Assembly: GCA_963664225.1 (NCBI GenBank)
Contig: OY760937.1
Span: forward strand, 544,001 to 608,000
Length of the DNA stretch: 64,000 bases
DNA from: Verrucomicrobiia bacterium
Lineage (GTDB): Bacteria > Verrucomicrobiota > Verrucomicrobiia > Limisphaerales > UBA1319
Reading direction: 5' to 3'
The position numbers and the translations under genes were made by a program. Shown in pieces: positions 10,161 to 20,044 of the stretch. Below the pieces are notes generated by a model that ran no database searches, was not told the DNA's origin, and saw nothing but the letters and a program-made list of their open reading frames with translations. Position 1 is the stretch's first letter; each line of letters starts with the position of its first letter.

Positions 10161-10235
10161 GATTCAAATTAGGTCTTCATAAGATCAGCATTATGGCTTG
10201 CCTGCAAATGTTTTTTGTGGTATGTATTCCGTACA

Positions 10236-11267
10236 ATGAAGGCCTTTCAACTACTCGCACATGGTGTCCCCGGAAAATACGCGTTAGTCGATGTGCCAGA
10301 CGTCCATCCGGGACCGGCTGAAGCGCTGATTCGGGTTCGGGCCTGCGGATTGAATCGTTTGGATTTGTGGCTTGAGGCGGGCGAGTTACCGATTCCCGTG
10401 ACACTGCCTCGCACCCCTGGCTGTGAGATTGCCGGCGAGATCATCGAGCTGGGGGATGACGTGGATGAATGGGCTCTGGGGGCGGCTGTGGCGGTGCAGT
10501 CCAATCTCTTCTGCGGAGATTGCGAGTTTTGCCGGCGCGGTGAGGAATCGCTCTGCCTGAACGGGCGGATTCTGGGTATCGAATGCGACGGCGGGTTTGC
10601 CGAAAAAGTTGTGGTGCCGTGGCAGGCATTGGTGTCCATCCCCAAGGGGGTGGGATTTGAGGCTGCGGCCGCCGTGACCCTTGCGGGCAGCACCGCCATG
10701 CACATGCTCACGGATCGGGGAGACGTCCGTCAGGGGGATTGGGTGTTGGTCATGGCCGGCGCCAGCGGCGTGGGCAGCGCGGCCATTCAAATTGCCAGAA
10801 CACTCGGCGCACGGGTTATCACCACCGGTTCGACGCAGGAAAAACGGGATTTTGCCATGAAAATGGGCGCTGAATTCGTCGTGGACACCGCGCAAGCCAA
10901 CTGGACTGCCGCCGTGAGAAAGCACACCGAAAAACACGGTGTGGATTGGGTGGTGGAGCATATCGGCGGGGCTGTTTTGGAGCAGGTTTTTGGTTGTGTG
11001 GCGCGCGATGGTTCCGTGATCACTTGCGGGGCCACGGCGGGCAAGGACGTATCCCTCCATTTGTGGCCTTTCTTTGTCAAACAGCAACGCCTGATTGGCA
11101 GTTACGGCCGCAACCGCACCGATCTGGTGGCGACACTCGATTGGGTGGCCCAAGGAAAGCTCAAGCCGGTGATCGATCGGATTCTGCCTTTGGCTGAGGC
11201 TCCGGCGGCATTGGCCGCTTTGCGCAATCGCGAGGTGAAGGGAAAGGTGCTTTTAGCCATGGCTTGA
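10236..11267 (+). CDS. Zinc-binding MDR alcohol dehydrogenase / quinone oxidoreductase family
   Basis: CGDCEFCRRGEESLC structural Zn site, AGASGVGSAAIQ Rossmann motif. Confidence 0.9.
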   Translation: MKAFQLLAHGVPGKYALVDVPDVHPGPAEALIRVRACGLNRLDLWLEAGELPIPVTLPRTPGCEIAGEIIELGDDVDEWALGAAVAVQSNLFCGDCEFCRRGEESLCLNGRILGIECDGGFAEKVVVPWQALVSIPKGVGFEAAAAVTLAGSTAMHMLTDRGDVRQGDWVLVMAGASGVGSAAIQIARTLGARVITTGSTQEKRDFAMKMGAEFVVDTAQANWTAAVRKHTEKHGVDWVVEHIGGAVLEQVFGCVARDGSVITCGATAGKDVSLHLWPFFVKQQRLIGSYGRNRTDLVATLDWVAQGKLKPVIDRILPLAEAPAALAALRNREVKGKVLLAMA

Positions 11268-11465
11268 TAAATCGACCGGCGGAATGGCGAATTAACTTGC
11301 AAACCGCAGTCATATCTTTCGGAATGAGAGCGATCCTTGTGGCCGCTTCAAGTGCTGGCCGGCCTGGCTGCCGGGAGTCTAAAGATGAATCGGCAAGGAT
11401 TTGATGATGGAATGGATTCCGGGTTCCAAAGCAGCCCGGCGGACGTTTGGAAAATTTATAAAGCG

Positions 11466-11711
11466 ATGAAGCGTAAGGTTTTAGTTATATTATCAAATCG
11501 ACTGAATCGGAATCAAAAAGTTCGGTTTATGGAAATCGATTGCGACGATGAGGGCAATATCGAGACGGAGACCGCATTGAAAAGCGAGCCTCGCACGGCT
11601 TGTTACGATGAAGTATGGGAAAACGACGACGGCAAGACCTCGGTTTCATCATGCAACCGGTTCAAGCGCAAATACCGTCATGCTTTGGAGAAACCCAAGG
11701 CCAAGGTCTGA
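11466..11711 (+). CDS. Small hypothetical protein (81 aa)
   Basis: ATG at 11466 within ORF 11337-11711; compact charged protein (YDEVWENDDGK). Confidence 0.6.
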   Translation: MKRKVLVILSNRLNRNQKVRFMEIDCDDEGNIETETALKSEPRTACYDEVWENDDGKTSVSSCNRFKRKYRHALEKPKAKV

Positions 11712-11733
11712 CAAACTCGTGCGCCCGTCGGCA

Positions 11734-11771
11734 TGGGTTGACTTGGGTTGACTTGGGTTGACTTGGGTTGA
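11734..11771. repeat. Tandem 10-bp repeat (TGGGTTGACT) x3.8
   Basis: tgggttgact tgggttgact tgggttgact tgggttga read directly from the sequence. Confidence 0.95.
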
Positions 11772-11886
11772 TCGCTTGTAAGTTTATTAATTTGGGTCAA
11801 GCCCAACGGCTTGGACCCCGTGGAACGACAATTTATGCGCAAGCCGCATGCATTCTGAACTGGATGCGCGGCCTTTGTGAGACTTA

Positions 11887-12914
11887 TGAGTGCTGACACT
11901 TCCATTAACGTTGGGCCGCGAATTTTAACCACTACTGTAGGGTCATACCCACTGCCGGAATGGCTGATGTTTTCCCGCAGCGAGGAAGCAAGGCTGGATG
12001 CCACGAGAGTCGTATTCGATACGCAAAGACAGGCGGGAATCGATTTGCCCACGGATGGCGAGCTTTACCGATTTGAGCTAAACCATCCCGAAAGCAACGG
12101 AATGATCGATTATTTCGTTGGGAAGATGGCCGGGATGAGCCAGTCGATCGGGCGCAGGGATTGGGAGCAATTTTCGGGGCAGTCCTTAATGCAATGGCGT
12201 CGCAAGCCCGCCGCCGTGGTGGATGGCCCGCTTGGCGAAGGGGGGCTTAATTTGATGTCGGACTGCGCGCGCGCCGCTTCTGTTTCCGGCGGACCATTTA
12301 AGTTCACAGTCACCAGCCCCTACATGCTGGCTCGAACCCTGGTCGATCACCATTACAGGAATTACGAGGATTTGACGATGGCCGTGGCCGACGTTCTGGC
12401 CGATCAAGTCGTCGGGCTGCCTTGTGCTTGCGTCCAGATCGACGAAGCCAACATCACCGGCACACCCTGTTCAGGGCCTCTTGGTGCCAAGGCAATCAAC
12501 CGGGTTTTGGACCGGATATCCTGCGAACGCGCGGTTCACCTGTGTTTTGGCAATTACGCGGGCCAAACCATTCAGAAAGGCCATTGGAGGCTCCTCATCG
12601 ATTTTATCAACGCACTGAATACGCATCATGTGATTTTGGAGCTTGCGAATCGACCCGCCGAAGATCTCGATGCATTGACGGCCATTGATCCCAGAATTCG
12701 GATTGGTGTCGGCGTCGTGGATGTGAAAGTCAACCGCATTGAAACCGCAGATGATGTGGCCCGACAGATTGAAAAAGCGGATAAAAAACTTGGAGAGGGC
12801 CGTCTGCGCTGGGTTCATCCGGACTGCGGATTTTGGATGCTCAGACGTCCGGTTGTGGATAGGAAAATCGAGGCGCTGGTTCTGGGCCGCAACAAGTATC
12901 TTGGGATTCTATAA
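11887..12914 (+). CDS. Cobalamin-independent methionine synthase II family protein (single-barrel core MetE-like)
   Basis: TTTVGSYP, TDGE, VQIDEA; Zn ligands VHLC, E and PDCG; no N-terminal folate-binding barrel; start approximate. Confidence 0.85.
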
Positions 12915-13114
12915 CCCTTCTGGAGCTGGCCATAAGAATATTGCGATTTTGTACAGAACATTGCGCATCGGAATGCCAGGCCCTTGCTGCGTCTCTCGTG
13001 TGCTTCGAGGCGGGCCCCCTGCATTAGGAGCAAACCGCTCCTCGTTTAAACGGATCCAAGAAAAACGGCTGGCTTTCGGCTGACGGATTTCATTTCGTAT
13101 TCCGCACAAACTTC

Positions 13115-14377
13115 ATGCATGTGATTCTTGTTACAATTGGCACGGATGGCGATGTCTTCCCATTCATCGGGTTGGGGGCCGTGCTGAAAGCACGGGGACA
13201 CCAGGCCACTTTGGTGGCCAGTGCGCATTATGAACCCCTGGCACGCATGCACGGACTGGCATTTCGCGCCCTGGTCTCAGAGCGGGAAAACTTCGAATTA
13301 TTCGACCATCCGGATTTCTGGAATCCCATCAAGACAGCACCGCTGGCGGCTCGCTGGGGTGTGCGCTTCCTTCGACGCCAGTATGACTTGCTCTCGCAAT
13401 TAGTGACCGATGACAGTGTGCTGGTCTCCAGCCCGGGGGTGTTCGCATCGGCCATGGTACACGAAAAATCGGGTGCGCCTCTGGCCAGTCTCATTCTGCA
13501 ACCAGGGTTGATTCCCAGTTCCATCGCGCCGCCAATCATGCCTTGTTTTGCATGGTTACGTCACGCGCCGCGCCCTGCATGGAAGGTGTTTTGGCGGGCA
13601 TTGGATGTGCTTGGCGACGTTCTTGTGGGGCGGGAACTCAATCCTCTACGCGTTGAGCTTGGGCTAAAACCTGTTCGGCGCCTCTTTCAAAACTGGCTTT
13701 CGCCCCAACTGGTTCTTGGACTCTTTCCAGAATGGTATGGTCCCCCGCAAATCGACTGGCCGCGGCAATTGCAACTCACCGGTTTTCCCCTGTTCGATAT
13801 CGGGCAGGGAAGCGATTTAACCCCTGAACTGCGGGCATTTTGCCGGAATGGTAATCCGCCGGTGGCCTTCACATTTGGAACCGGAATGGCGCATCCTGAA
13901 GCATTGTTTCGCGCGGCACTCGAGGCATGCGAGATATGTGGATTGAGGGGAATTTTTCTCACAAAGTATGAGAAAGCGCTGCCTGATCCGCTGCCATCCT
14001 TTATTCATCATACTAATTTTGCCCCGTTTCGCAAACTTTTCCCGCTGTGCGCCGCCGTGCTCCACCATGGGGGCATTGGAACAGTGGCGGAAGCGCTCGC
14101 AAGCGGCACGCCGCAATTGATTCATCCCCTCTGCTTTGACCAGGGCGATAACGCCCTGCGTATTGAGCGGTTGGGTGTTGGAGCGTCGGTCAAGTCCAGA
14201 CGTTTGGACGCACGGCAGATTGCCGATGCACTAAGGAGGCTGATGACACCGGAGACGCGGCTGCGCTGTCGAAACATTGCGGAGCGGTTCACGGATAACC
14301 ACGGGCTTCTTGCTGCGGCGGAGCGTGTGGAAAAATTACAGTCCGGCAATTTGAATCAACCTTATCGGCGTCGATAA
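13115..14377 (+). CDS. GT1 glycosyltransferase (RhlB/MGT-like)
   Basis: GTDGDVFPF, HHGGIGTVAEAL..G.PQ, FDQ.DNA. Confidence 0.9.
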   Translation: MHVILVTIGTDGDVFPFIGLGAVLKARGHQATLVASAHYEPLARMHGLAFRALVSERENFELFDHPDFWNPIKTAPLAARWGVRFLRRQYDLLSQLVTDDSVLVSSPGVFASAMVHEKSGAPLASLILQPGLIPSSIAPPIMPCFAWLRHAPRPAWKVFWRALDVLGDVLVGRELNPLRVELGLKPVRRLFQNWLSPQLVLGLFPEWYGPPQIDWPRQLQLTGFPLFDIGQGSDLTPELRAFCRNGNPPVAFTFGTGMAHPEALFRAALEACEICGLRGIFLTKYEKALPDPLPSFIHHTNFAPFRKLFPLCAAVLHHGGIGTVAEALASGTPQLIHPLCFDQGDNALRIERLGVGASVKSRRLDARQIADALRRLMTPETRLRCRNIAERFTDNHGLLAAAERVEKLQSGNLNQPYRRR

Positions 14378-14674
14378 ACGCGTGTCACCAGTACTGGTGA
14401 CTGGCGGGGGACAGGGATTCGGTTATTCTGACACCGTAAGTGATCGGTGCAATTTTGCAGAATTTGTTCACCGTGTGTTTTTAGGGCGCATGTCTGCAGT
14501 GCCCGCATCGATCGACGATTTCCGGCAGCAGGGCTGCTGCCAAAATGTTGAAGTTGTTCTCAGCATTTTTCCTGTGTGTGAGAAGCGGTTGGATGAAAGT
14601 CCAACCGCTTTTTGCGTACCCGATTGGCTGCGGGCTTGCCCCGGGCCCGGTCCGGGTTCATATTTCGAGGCGCC

Positions 14675-15232
14675 TTGAAAATTCTAATCGCCATTACCGG
14701 AGCCAGTGGCTCGATGTATGCCCAAAGGCTTCTGGACCAATTGGACACCCGTCAGAATGAGGTGCATGTGGTGACCAGCGGGTATGCCCAGGCGGTGGTG
14801 GCGGAGGAATTGCCAGGGGGACTCCGGATTCCCGAGGGTGCGGTCAGTCACAGCCTCAAGAGCATGAATGTGCCGTTTGTCAGCGGCTCGAATCCTGTGG
14901 ATGTCATGGTGGTTATTCCCTGCACGATGGGGACGATGGGGCGCATTGCGCATGGTTTGAGCGCGGATGTGCTGTTGCGCGCGGCGGATGTGGTTCTCAA
15001 GGAACGCCGCAAATTGATCCTGGTACCGCGTGAGACCCCGTTGAGCCTGGTTCATCTGAAAAACATGGAACTGCTCCTGATGGCAGGCGCGGTGATTCTC
15101 CCGGCGAACCCCTCCTTTTATATGCGTCCTCAAACGGTCGAGGCGGTAGTGGATACAGTGGTTGCCCGGGTGCTGGATCACATGGGATTGAAGCACGGCC
15201 TCGGCACGCGCTGGTGCGAGGAGCAGGAGTAA
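14675..15232 (+). CDS. ubiX: Flavin prenyltransferase UbiX
   Basis: AITGASG, SGS, PCTMGT, LKERRKLILVPRETP, NM, P.FY; TTG start after GAGG. Confidence 0.92.
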   Translation: MKILIAITGASGSMYAQRLLDQLDTRQNEVHVVTSGYAQAVVAEELPGGLRIPEGAVSHSLKSMNVPFVSGSNPVDVMVVIPCTMGTMGRIAHGLSADVLLRAADVVLKERRKLILVPRETPLSLVHLKNMELLLMAGAVILPANPSFYMRPQTVEAVVDTVVARVLDHMGLKHGLGTRWCEEQE

Positions 15233-15256
15233 AATTATTGCGGAATTTTCTGAAGC

Positions 15257-16186
15257 CTACTTTTCCGCTCCTGCAAGCAGAGTTTGGAAATGAGGGGGCT
15301 GTTCCTCCCTGGCGGCCATGGTAATCTCGATTTTCTTGAATCCGGCGGCTTCCATCCAGCGATGCAAATCCCGCTCAGAGAAGCCCAGCCACAGGTCTCC
15401 ATGGATGTCCCGGGCCTGGTCAACATGGTGCTTGAAGAGGTCCAGAATCATGATTTGCCCGCCGAGCCTGAGGATTTTGTAAGCGGAGTGAAGAGCGGTT
15501 TCCGGGTTTTTGGCGTGATGGAGTGCCTGGCTGAGCACCACCAGATCGACGCTATCCGGTTCAACGGGGGGTGTTTCGAGGTCGCCGAGACGAAATTCCA
15601 GGTTTTTAATGCCGTTTTCGCGCGCCTTGGCAGCGCCGAACGCGACTATTTTTTCCGAATTATCCACCGCGATGACTTTTTTGGCGCGCCGGGCCAGCAA
15701 TTCGCTGATGAGTCCCTCGCCCGAACCCAGGTCGGCGATGACCAATGGGGGTAAAATCCGCAGGAGCAGATGGCCAAAGGCCTGCCAGGAACGCCCCGGT
15801 CCATAGCTGCGATCAAATCGTCCAGCCACCTGGTTGAAATAGAGCTTGGCCTGGTCCTGACGAAGCGCAACGACCTGCTTTAAATTAAACTGATCTGCGT
15901 TGTGCTCGGATAATTCCTGGGCGCCTCGCACCGCGAGTTGAATGAATTCACGAGAGGCGTTGTCCGCCGTTGAGTTTAACTTGTAAAACGTGCGTTTCCC
16001 TTCGCGCCGGGATTGAACTAGGTTGGAATCCTGGAGCAGGCCCAGGTGGGTGGAAATGCGGGATTGGCCCAGGCGTGTGATTTCCTGGAGCTCATTGACC
16101 GAAAGTTCCTCTTTTTCGAGAAGCGCGATGATGCGCAGACGGGTGGGATCCGCCAGAGCACGCAGAGATTTTAGGATGCCAGACAT
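15257..16186 (-). CDS. sahR: ArsR-HTH / SAM-methyltransferase fusion regulator (SahR-like)
   Basis: ALADPTRLRI ArsR domain plus DLGSGEG and LHH methyltransferase domain; divergent from metK-ahcY. Confidence 0.85.
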   Translation of the reverse strand: MSGILKSLRALADPTRLRIIALLEKEELSVNELQEITRLGQSRISTHLGLLQDSNLVQSRREGKRTFYKLNSTADNASREFIQLAVRGAQELSEHNADQFNLKQVVALRQDQAKLYFNQVAGRFDRSYGPGRSWQAFGHLLLRILPPLVIADLGSGEGLISELLARRAKKVIAVDNSEKIVAFGAAKARENGIKNLEFRLGDLETPPVEPDSVDLVVLSQALHHAKNPETALHSAYKILRLGGQIMILDLFKHHVDQARDIHGDLWLGFSERDLHRWMEAAGFKKIEITMAAREEQPPHFQTLLAGAEK

Positions 16187-16204
16187 GAGCTTTGTAAATG
16201 ACAG

Positions 16205-16250
16205 TTGACGACTGGTGCCAATGATATATCTTCTTATCCTGATACGTCAA
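16205..16250. promoter_or_regulatory. Overlapping divergent promoters with a candidate SahR operator
   Basis: + strand TTGACG(16205)-N16-TATCTT; - strand TTGACG(16250)-N18-TATCAT; ATATC-N10-GATAC at 16226-16245. Confidence 0.6.
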
Positions 16251-16283
16251 TACGTAACGAAGTAACCTGTAGAAACAAAGATC

Positions 16284-17462
16284 ATGAGCATGAATTTTAT
16301 TTTCTCGTCCGAGTCCGTGGGCGAGGGCCATCCCGACAAGGTGTGCGACACAATTTCCGACGCGGTGTTGGATGCGTGTCTGACTCAGGATGCGCGCAGC
16401 CGTGTGGCGTGCGAATGCTATGCCAAGAGCAACGTGGTGGTTGTGGGCGGTGAGATCACCACCAAGGCTGAATTGGATTACAACCAGTTGGTGCGCGACG
16501 CCATCCGGGAAATTGGGTATGTGCATGACGACGATGTTTTCCATGCCGACAAGGTCTTTGTGATGAATCTGATAACCCGGCAAAGCCCTGACATCGCTCA
16601 GGGTGTGGACGCCCGTGGTGCGGAAGGCAAGGAAACGGACGAGCAGGGGGCCGGAGACCAGGGTTTGATGTTTGGTTATGCCTGCGATGAGACCCCGGAA
16701 TTGATGCCCGCGCCGATCATGTTCGCGCATCGCTTGGGCCGTGAATTAACCCGCATCCGCAAGGCCGGACTGGCCAAATGGCTGCGTCCTGACGCCAAGA
16801 GCCAGGTGTCCGTCCAATACGCCGATGGCAAGCCGGTGCGCATCACCAACGTGGTTGTTTCCACGCAGCACGCGGCGGATGCGAAGCACAAGATGATCTC
16901 GGATTTCATCATCAAAAACGTGGTCAAAAAGGTGCTTCCGGCGGAATTGCTGGATAAGAAGACCAAGTTCCTCATCAATCCCACAGGCCGGTTCGTGGTG
17001 GGCGGTCCCCAGGGGGACACCGGATTGACAGGCCGTAAGATCATTGTGGACAGCTACGGTGGCATGGGCCGCCACGGCGGCGGCGCTTTCAGTGGCAAGG
17101 ATCCATCCAAAGTGGATCGCAGCGCGGCTTACATGGGCCGTTATGTGGCCAAGAACATCGTGGCGGCCGGTCTCGCCACACGGGCTGAAATTCAGTTTGC
17201 CTACGCCATTGGATATCCGGAACCGGTTTCCGTGGCGGTGGATACTTTTGGGACCGGAACGGTGAGTGACGAGGCCATCACCAAGGCGGTGTGCGAGGTG
17301 TTCAGCTTCAAACCGGCGGCCATCATCAAACAGTTGAACCTGTTGCGGCCGATCTTCTCCAAAACGACCAATTATGGGCATTTCGGCAAGATCGACGATT
17401 TGAACAGCATCACCTGGGAAAAGACGGACAAGGCAGCCGCGTTGAAAAAGGCGGCGAAGTAA
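16284..17462 (+). CDS. metK: S-adenosylmethionine synthetase
   Basis: [26 protein letters not shown] signatures. Confidence 0.98.
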   Translation: MSMNFIFSSESVGEGHPDKVCDTISDAVLDACLTQDARSRVACECYAKSNVVVVGGEITTKAELDYNQLVRDAIREIGYVHDDDVFHADKVFVMNLITRQSPDIAQGVDARGAEGKETDEQGAGDQGLMFGYACDETPELMPAPIMFAHRLGRELTRIRKAGLAKWLRPDAKSQVSVQYADGKPVRITNVVVSTQHAADAKHKMISDFIIKNVVKKVLPAELLDKKTKFLINPTGRFVVGGPQGDTGLTGRKIIVDSYGGMGRHGGGAFSGKDPSKVDRSAAYMGRYVAKNIVAAGLATRAEIQFAYAIGYPEPVSVAVDTFGTGTVSDEAITKAVCEVFSFKPAAIIKQLNLLRPIFSKTTNYGHFGKIDDLNSITWEKTDKAAALKKAAK

Positions 17463-17575
17463 CCCGCAAGTCTGCAACGGCAAACACCGGATTGGACGCG
17501 TTGGCGCGCGGTCCGGCGTTTACACAAAGGCCCGTAATGGGTCAAAAAGCATTCAGCAAAAAGAAATTTTAAAAT

Positions 17576-19063
17576 ATGGCTTCAGTAAAACTATCTCCCG
17601 CCCGCGCAAAGGGCACGAATGGGTCCGCCGCCAAGAACGGCAAAGCCCGTAAAACCTCGAATAATGATTTTCAGGTCAAGGACCTGGCGCTGGCCGATTG
17701 GGGCCGCAAATCGATCAACATTTCGGAACACGAAATGCCCGGATTAATGTCCTTGCGCGCCAAATACGGTGCGAGCAAGCCTCTCAAAGGGGTGCGCATC
17801 ACCGGATCGCTGCACATGACCATTGAGACCGCGGTCTTGATTGAGACATTGGTCGCCTTGGGTGCGTCGGTGCGCTGGGCCAGTTGCAACATTTTTTCAA
17901 CGCAGGATCAGGCCGCCGCAGCCATTGCCGCGGCCGGTGTACCCGTGTTTGCCTGGAAGGGCGAAACTCTGGAAGAGTATTGGGATTGCACCTACAAGGC
18001 GCTGATTCATCCCGGCGGAAAAGGCCCCCAATTGATTGTCGATGACGGTGGGGATGCGACGCTGCTGATTCACAAGGGATACGAACTGGAAAACGGGGAC
18101 AAGTGGGTCAATTCCCCCAGTGATAAGCATGAAGAACAGGTCATCAAGAACTTGCTCAAGAAGGTTTATAAGGAGAATCCCAATCGCTGGCACGAAGTCG
18201 TGAAGGATTGGAAGGGTGTTTCTGAAGAAACCACCACGGGCGTGCATCGTCTATACCAGATGATGGAGGCGGGCAAATTGCTCGTTCCGGCAATCAACGT
18301 GAATGACTCGGTGACGAAGTCGAAGTTCGACAACCTCTATGGCTGTCGCGAATCGCTGGCCGACGGAATCAAGCGCGCCACGGATGTCATGGTGGCGGGC
18401 AAGGTCGCCGTCGTCTGCGGCTACGGGGATGTGGGCAAAGGCTCGGCGCATTCGTTGCGCGGATTTGGCGCCCGGGTGATCGTGACTGAGATCGATCCCA
18501 TCAATGCCCTCCAGGCGGCGATGGAAGGCTTTGAAGTGACCACCATTGAGGACACTTTGGGCGAGGCGGATCTTTACGTCACCTGCACGGGTAATTGCGA
18601 CATCATCACGCTTGAGCACATGGAGAAGATGAAGGATCAGGCGATTGTGTGTAACATCGGGCATTTCGATAATGAAATCCAGGTGGACCGCCTGAACACT
18701 CGCAAAGGCGTCAAACAACTGAATATCAAGCCTCAGGTGGACCGCTACACCTTCCCGGATGGGCACTGCATCTACATGCTGGCCGAAGGGCGTTTGGTGA
18801 ACCTGGGCTGCGCCACCGGCCACCCCAGCTTCGTGATGTCCAATTCCTTCACAAATCAGGTGCTGGCACAATTGGACCTCTGGAAGGCCCGCGAGAGTTA
18901 CAAGGTCGGTGTGTACCGGCTTCCCAAAAAACTGGATGAGGAAGTGGCCCGCCTGCACCTCGAAAAAATCGGCGTCAAGCTGACCAAGCTGACCAAATAT
19001 CAGGCGGATTATATCGGCGTGCCTGTTGAAGGACCTTATAAAGCCGACCATTACCGGTATTAA
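17576..19063 (+). CDS. ahcY: Adenosylhomocysteinase
   Basis: [48 protein letters not shown]. Confidence 0.98.
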   Translation: MASVKLSPARAKGTNGSAAKNGKARKTSNNDFQVKDLALADWGRKSINISEHEMPGLMSLRAKYGASKPLKGVRITGSLHMTIETAVLIETLVALGASVRWASCNIFSTQDQAAAAIAAAGVPVFAWKGETLEEYWDCTYKALIHPGGKGPQLIVDDGGDATLLIHKGYELENGDKWVNSPSDKHEEQVIKNLLKKVYKENPNRWHEVVKDWKGVSEETTTGVHRLYQMMEAGKLLVPAINVNDSVTKSKFDNLYGCRESLADGIKRATDVMVAGKVAVVCGYGDVGKGSAHSLRGFGARVIVTEIDPINALQAAMEGFEVTTIEDTLGEADLYVTCTGNCDIITLEHMEKMKDQAIVCNIGHFDNEIQVDRLNTRKGVKQLNIKPQVDRYTFPDGHCIYMLAEGRLVNLGCATGHPSFVMSNSFTNQVLAQLDLWKARESYKVGVYRLPKKLDEEVARLHLEKIGVKLTKLTKYQADYIGVPVEGPYKADHYRY

Positions 19064-19086
19064 TAGATCAGTTGGATTTTAAACGC

Positions 19087-19120
19087 GAGAGACGGACATT
19101 CATTGTGTCCGTCTTTTTTT
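19087..19120 (+). terminator. Intrinsic terminator of metK-ahcY
   Basis: AGACGGACA-loop-TGTCCGTCT followed by a T-run. Confidence 0.85.
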
Positions 19121-19200
19121 ATGCCTCAAAATTGCCATGCCAGTCTGGGGATTTAAAACCACCAGGCGTCCATTTCCAACTTCAGGAAGATCATCACCCA

Positions 19201-19959
19201 TTGAAATTTCGCACATTGTGTTGCGCAAAATAAACCATTAGCCCTTCGGGAATGTGTTTATCGGAGTCTGTTCCTTGGAACATTTCCAGTGCAGCCGGAA
19301 TCATGCAAGGATGTCGAAGTGGAGTTCGCGCGGGGCATTTACCTCGACGTCAATTCTCGGGATCCAGGCCACCATGAAATAGCACCCTCCGTTACAAGCA
19401 GCGAAAATTGTCGAAAATGCTGCGTGACCTGTGCTTGCAGGGTCGGATTTTTCTCGATATTGGGGGCAATTATGGTTATTTCACCTGCCGCTGGGCGGGA
19501 GCGGAACCAGCCAATCGGGTTCTTGCAATTGAGCCGGATCCAAGAAATTTCCAGTTTCTTAAATTCTTAAAAACAATCGAAAAAAATTTCCTGGCGGGTC
19601 AGGTGGAATTGACGGGTAATGCCGTGAGTCGCGCATACGGAACCATGCCATTTTTTGACGGATCCGATGAGCGCACCGGTTTGGGGCGACTGATGTTGAA
19701 AAAGAATGATAGGACGATCAGCGCAGATGAGGTGGCACTCGATGAATAGATGCAGGAGCGTTTATTGGACGCCCAAGTGATTCAAGCAATGAAACTTGCG
19801 GCGGAGGCGCTCAAGCCCTGGGCATCCACCCGTTGGAAGCGCACGACCAACTCTACGCCCACGGCTATACGTTGGAGCGGATGGGGCGGAAATTGTGGCA
19901 CGCCCATACATGACGCGGTTATTTTCGTAGCGCATGCAGCGCTCACGGTAAGCGCGTGA
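19201..19959 (+). pseudogene. Degraded FkbM-family methyltransferase
   Basis: FLDIGGNYGYF and VLAIEP motifs; frameshifts near 19230 and 19390, in-frame TAG at 19747, eroded KIDVEG motif (MKLAAE). Confidence 0.75.
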
Positions 19960-20044
19960 AGAGGTGTATGGGAGAAGCGGCTGCCATTCGGGAAGGCTTG
20001 TCTTTAAGACCCCACTTGCGATAATCATGGGCGGAAATAACAGA

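Noticed and set aside
11734..11771. CRISPR array
   Set aside because: Units are 10 bp and contiguous with no spacers; no cas genes in the window.
14382..14678. 98-aa ORF starting VLVTGGGQGFG (SDR-like Rossmann motif)
   Set aside because: Nothing after the motif resembles an SDR, the composition is Cys/Pro-rich, and the motif overlaps the DNA palindrome; likely coincidence, though a tiny remnant cannot be excluded.
17463..17575. SAH or SAM riboswitch upstream of ahcY
   Set aside because: Hairpins are present, but I could not find the SAH GAGGAGCG/CAGGCUC core or SAM-I signatures; a SahR-like regulator is adjacent.
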